Sequence record: SRR20825006_271
Length of the DNA stretch: 61,796 nucleotides
Direction: 5' to 3' (one strand)
The notes beneath the pieces were generated by a model, which searched no databases, was not told the DNA's origin, and saw nothing but the letters and a program-made list of their open reading frames with translations. Shown here piece after piece: positions 58,528 to 61,796 of this stretch; position 1 is the first letter of the stretch, and each line of letters starts with the position of its first letter. The position numbers were made by a program, and so were the translations under genes.

Positions 58528-59562
58528 ATGACCAACAGACGTAAGTTTCTTGCCGGTGCCGCCATGGCACCAGCGGCTGCATTGGCCACCCCGGCCATTG
58601 CGCAAAATAAGATCCGCTGGCGGATGCAAACATATGCTGGCCCGGCTTTGGCTGAGCATGTGATTAAACCTGCCATCGATAGCTTTAACAAAATTGCTGG
58701 CGACGAGATGGAAATCGAATTGTTCTTCGCTGACCAGCTGGTGCCCACAGGCGAATTGTTCCGCGCCATGCAAAAGGGCACGATTGATGCCGTACAGTCT
58801 GACGATGACTCCATGGCATCGCCAACAGAAGTAACTGTTTTCGGCGGTTATTTCCCATTTGCGAGCCGTTATTCTTTGGACGTGCCCGTGCTGTTCAACC
58901 AATATGGTTTGAACGAAATTTGGGATGAAGAATATTCCAAAGTGGGCGTGAAGCACCTTTCAGCCGGCGCATGGGACCCATGTCACTTCGCCACGAAAGA
59001 TCCGATCCGCAGCTTGGAAGATTTGAAAGGCAAACGCGTCTTTACCTTCCCAACGGCGGGCCGTTTCTTGAGCCAATTTGGTGTGGTGCCGGTGACATTG
59101 CCTTGGGAAGATATTGAGGTTGCGGTGCAAACTGGTGAGTTGGATGGCGTTGCCTGGTCAGGCATCACAGAAGATTACACTGTGGGCTGGGCCGATGTGA
59201 CCAACTACTTCCTCACCAACAATATTTCAGGTGCTTGGGCTGGGTCATTCTTTGCCAATATGGACCGTTATCAAGAGCTTCCTGATCACCTGAAAGAACT
59301 GCTTAAAATTACCATGGACAGCTCTCATTATTATCGTCAATGGTGGTATTGGGGTGGCGAAGCCTCACTTCGGGTAAATGGCACGAAGATGCAACTAACC
59401 TCTATTCCGGATCAGGAATGGGATCAGGTTGAAAAAGCCGCGTTGACGTTCTGGGATGAGATTGCTGCAGAATCTGAGACCAAAGCACGCGTGGTTGAAA
59501 TCTTCAAAAAGTACAATGCGGATATGCAAAAAGCAGGTCGTCCGTATCGCTACAACAGCTAA
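58528..59562 (+). CDS. dctP: TRAP substrate-binding protein (Tat signal)
   Basis: NRRKFL twin-arginine, WRMQT, IRSLEDLKGKR, QTGELDG. Confidence 0.92.
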   Translation: MTNRRKFLAGAAMAPAAALATPAIAQNKIRWRMQTYAGPALAEHVIKPAIDSFNKIAGDEMEIELFFADQLVPTGELFRAMQKGTIDAVQSDDDSMASPTEVTVFGGYFPFASRYSLDVPVLFNQYGLNEIWDEEYSKVGVKHLSAGAWDPCHFATKDPIRSLEDLKGKRVFTFPTAGRFLSQFGVVPVTLPWEDIEVAVQTGELDGVAWSGITEDYTVGWADVTNYFLTNNISGAWAGSFFANMDRYQELPDHLKELLKITMDSSHYYRQWWYWGGEASLRVNGTKMQLTSIPDQEWDQVEKAALTFWDEIAAESETKARVVEIFKKYNADMQKAGRPYRYNS

Positions 59563-59570
59563 TACAACTG

Positions 59571-59602
59571 GTCCCGGGGTGTGCATTTTGCTGCTCCGGG
59601 AC
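59571..59602 (+). terminator. Stem-loop after dctP
   Basis: GTCCCGGGGT...GCTCCGGGAC inverted repeat. Confidence 0.5.
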
Positions 59603-59636
59603 ATATTGCCAATTTGAGGGATGACGGACCAGAAAT

Positions 59637-61001
59637 ATGCCGGGTAATTTATCATTTGAAAGACTAAAAGAACTGGTCAAAAACGGTGAGGTGGACACCG
59701 TTATCGCAGCGCTGCCCGACATGCAGGGGCGGCTGATGGGTAAGCGGTTTCATGCGGTTCATTTTGTTGAAAGCGCATGGGAAGAAACCCATTGCTGCAA
59801 CTATCTTTTGGCAACCGATTTAGAAATGCACACGGTGGAAGGCTATAAGGCCACCAGCTGGCAATCTGGCTATGGCGATTATGTGATGCAGCCGGATATG
59901 ACCACCTTGCGCCTCGTGCCTTGGCTAGAAGGCACAGCGATGGTGTTGTGCGATGTGCTCGATCATCACACCCATGACGAAATTCCCCATTCGCCGCGTG
60001 CGGTTCTGAAAAAGCAGATCGCCCGGTTAAAAGAATTAGGCTTTGAAGCCATGACCGCGACCGAGTTGGAGTTCTTTATTTTTGAAAAGAGCTATGATGA
60101 AGTGCGCAAATCTGGGTTTCGCGATCTAGAGCCAATTAGCGGCTATAATGAAGATTATCATATCCTGCAAACCACCAAAGAAGAGTCGGTGATGCGCCCC
60201 TTGCGCAACCATCTCTATGCGGCGGGCATCCCAATTGAAAATTCAAAGGGGGAAGCCGAGGCCGGGCAGGAAGAATTGAACATTCGCTATGGCGCGGCGC
60301 TGGATTGTGCCGATGATCATACCGTCGCCAAACATGCGGCCAAGGAAATTGGCTGGCAGCAGGGGCGGGCGGTGAGCTTTTTGCCCAAATGGCATCATGA
60401 CCGGGTGGGCAGCTCGTCACACGTGCACCAGTCGCTTTGGAAAGAGGGCAGTAATGCCTTTTATGACCCGAATGGCGAATTGGGCATGTCTGAGCTGATG
60501 CGCAATTATATGGCCGGGCTGATCAAATATGCGCCGGATTATACCTATTTTCTGGCGCCTTATATTAACAGCTATAAGCGGTTCCAGAAGGGCACCTTTG
60601 CCCCGACCAAAACCGTGTGGTCTGTCGATAATCGCACGGCGGGTTTCCGGCTTTGTGGTGATGGCACCAAGGCCATCCGGGTGGAATGTCGCATTGGCGG
60701 ATCGGACTTGAACCCTTATCTGGCCGTTGCGGCGCAATTGGCGGCCGGTATTAAGGGCATTGAAGAGAAAATGGAGCTGGCGCCGCAGACATCTGGCGAC
60801 GTGTATGAGGCGCAAAAGGCTGATGAAATTCCGCAGACCTTGCGGGCGGCAATGGTGACGTTGGACAAGTCCGACATGTTGCGCGCGGCGTTTGGTGATG
60901 CGGTGGTTGACCATTATGTGCGTGCCGCAGAATGGGAACAGGAAGAGTTTGATCGGGTGGTGACGGATTATGAAATCGCCCGTGGGTTTGAAAGAGCGTA
61001 A
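59637..61001 (+). CDS. Glutamine-synthetase-like gamma-glutamyl-amine ligase
   Basis: DMQGRLMGKR, ELEF, EAEAGQEE, GSSSHVHQS, NSYKRF, DNRT, ECRIGGSD.NPY. Confidence 0.9.
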   Translation: MPGNLSFERLKELVKNGEVDTVIAALPDMQGRLMGKRFHAVHFVESAWEETHCCNYLLATDLEMHTVEGYKATSWQSGYGDYVMQPDMTTLRLVPWLEGTAMVLCDVLDHHTHDEIPHSPRAVLKKQIARLKELGFEAMTATELEFFIFEKSYDEVRKSGFRDLEPISGYNEDYHILQTTKEESVMRPLRNHLYAAGIPIENSKGEAEAGQEELNIRYGAALDCADDHTVAKHAAKEIGWQQGRAVSFLPKWHHDRVGSSSHVHQSLWKEGSNAFYDPNGELGMSELMRNYMAGLIKYAPDYTYFLAPYINSYKRFQKGTFAPTKTVWSVDNRTAGFRLCGDGTKAIRVECRIGGSDLNPYLAVAAQLAAGIKGIEEKMELAPQTSGDVYEAQKADEIPQTLRAAMVTLDKSDMLRAAFGDAVVDHYVRAAEWEQEEFDRVVTDYEIARGFERA

Positions 61002-61004
61002 TAT

Positions 61005-61796
61005 ATGACCAATAAAGTGACATGTATCTCCCCGATTGACGGGTCGGTTTATGCCGAACGTCCGGTGCTGAGCGAAAGTGATGCGAAAGCAGCTGTGGCC
61101 AAAGCGGCAGAGGCGCAAAAGGCCTGGGCCAAGCGCCCACTGGATGAACGCATTGCACTGGTGCGCGCAGGCATTGCCAAAGTGGGCGAGATGAATGACC
61201 AAATCGTGGAAGAACTGGCGTGGCAAATGGGTCGCCCGGTGCGCTTTGGCGGCGAATTTGGCGGCTTTGAAGAGCGTGGCCTGCATATGGCCAATATTGC
61301 AGCCAAGGCGCTGGCGCCAATTGAGATTGAAGAGAGCGATCAGTTTGTGCGCTATATCGAGCGCATCCCGCACGGGGTGGTGCTGGTCGTGGCGCCGTGG
61401 AACTATCCGTATATGACAGCCATTAACACGGTGGCGCCGGCTTTGATCGCAGGCAACAGCGTGATGCTGAAACATGCCTCGCAAACCTTGCTGGTGGGCG
61501 AGCGTTTGGCGGAAGCGTTCCATGCGGCGGGTGTGCCGGAGGAGGTGTTCCAGAATGTCTTTTTGGACCATGACACCACCTCTGCCCTGATTGCAGCGGG
61601 GTCGTTCGGTTTTGTGAACTTTACCGGCTCTGTTGGTGGCGGCGTCGCGATGGAAAAAGCGGCGGCGGGCACGTTCACGGGCGTGGGTACTGAACTGGGC
61701 GGCAAAGACCCCGGCTATGTGATGGAAGATGCGGATGTGGACGCGGCCGTTGCGACATTGATCGATGGCGCCATGTTCAATTCCGGCCAGTGCTGT
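61005..61796 (+). CDS. Aldehyde dehydrogenase (3' truncated by window edge; absent from ORF track)
   Basis: Translated by eye: MTNKVTCISPIDGSVYAER...APWNYPY...FTGS...ELGGKDP...FNSGQCC, open to window end. Confidence 0.88.
   Translation, partial: MTNKVTCISPIDGSVYAERPVLSESDAKAAVAKAAEAQKAWAKRPLDERIALVRAGIAKVGEMNDQIVEELAWQMGRPVRFGGEFGGFEERGLHMANIAAKALAPIEIEESDQFVRYIERIPHGVVLVVAPWNYPYMTAINTVAPALIAGNSVMLKHASQTLLVGERLAEAFHAAGVPEEVFQNVFLDHDTTSALIAAGSFGFVNFTGSVGGGVAMEKAAAGTFTGVGTELGGKDPGYVMEDADVDAAVATLIDGAMFNSGQCC

Noticed and set aside
60417-61571. 384-aa minus-strand ORF
   Set aside because: Antisense shadow of the GS-like and ALDH genes; no recognisable motifs
1-61796. CRISPR arrays, tRNA/rRNA genes, IS elements
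   Set aside because: Intergenic gaps are short (under about 280 bp); no spaced repeats, cloverleaf motifs or transposase ORFs seen by eye; small ncRNAs cannot be excluded without an Rfam search

Overview
This is a 61.8 kb chromosomal window from an alphaproteobacterium (codon style and gene content suggest a marine Hyphomicrobiales/Rhodobacterales-type organism; inference). It is densely coding and mostly transport and catabolic modules: an OhrR-like/HTHP divergon; an IclR-TTT-ALDH-Tm-1 orphan amine pathway; a Vibrio-type ChiS sensor with a chito-oligosaccharide ABC operon; an MHYT-GGDEF-EAL protein; an AraC-esterase-amidase unit; a MarR-TTT-arylsulfatase unit; a phn (C-P lyase-like) cluster; tamAB; and an RpiR/TRAP/glutamylation (ethanolamine-type) cluster. 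Two things stand out. (1) A low-GC, tightly coupled three-gene cassette (1452-5082) encodes an IrrE/ImmA metallopeptidase-macrodomain fusion, a dNMP-kinase-like domain fused to an adenylosuccinate synthetase homologue with PurZ/PurZ0-type substitutions (GQYGSEGKG, RTYPIRVG), and a DarT-like ADP-ribosyltransferase. I do not recognise this combination as a named system; it is a candidate nucleotide-modifying anti-phage or toxin-antitoxin system. (2) An intact phnGHIJKLM-CDEE cluster has a PhnJ lacking three of the four conserved C-terminal cysteines (two radical-SAM cluster ligands and the catalytic Cys) and no phnN/phnP, which suggests non-canonical chemistry. I saw no rRNA, tRNA, CRISPR array, transposase or integrase. 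All family calls come from motif recognition by eye and recalled reference sequences, not database searches.
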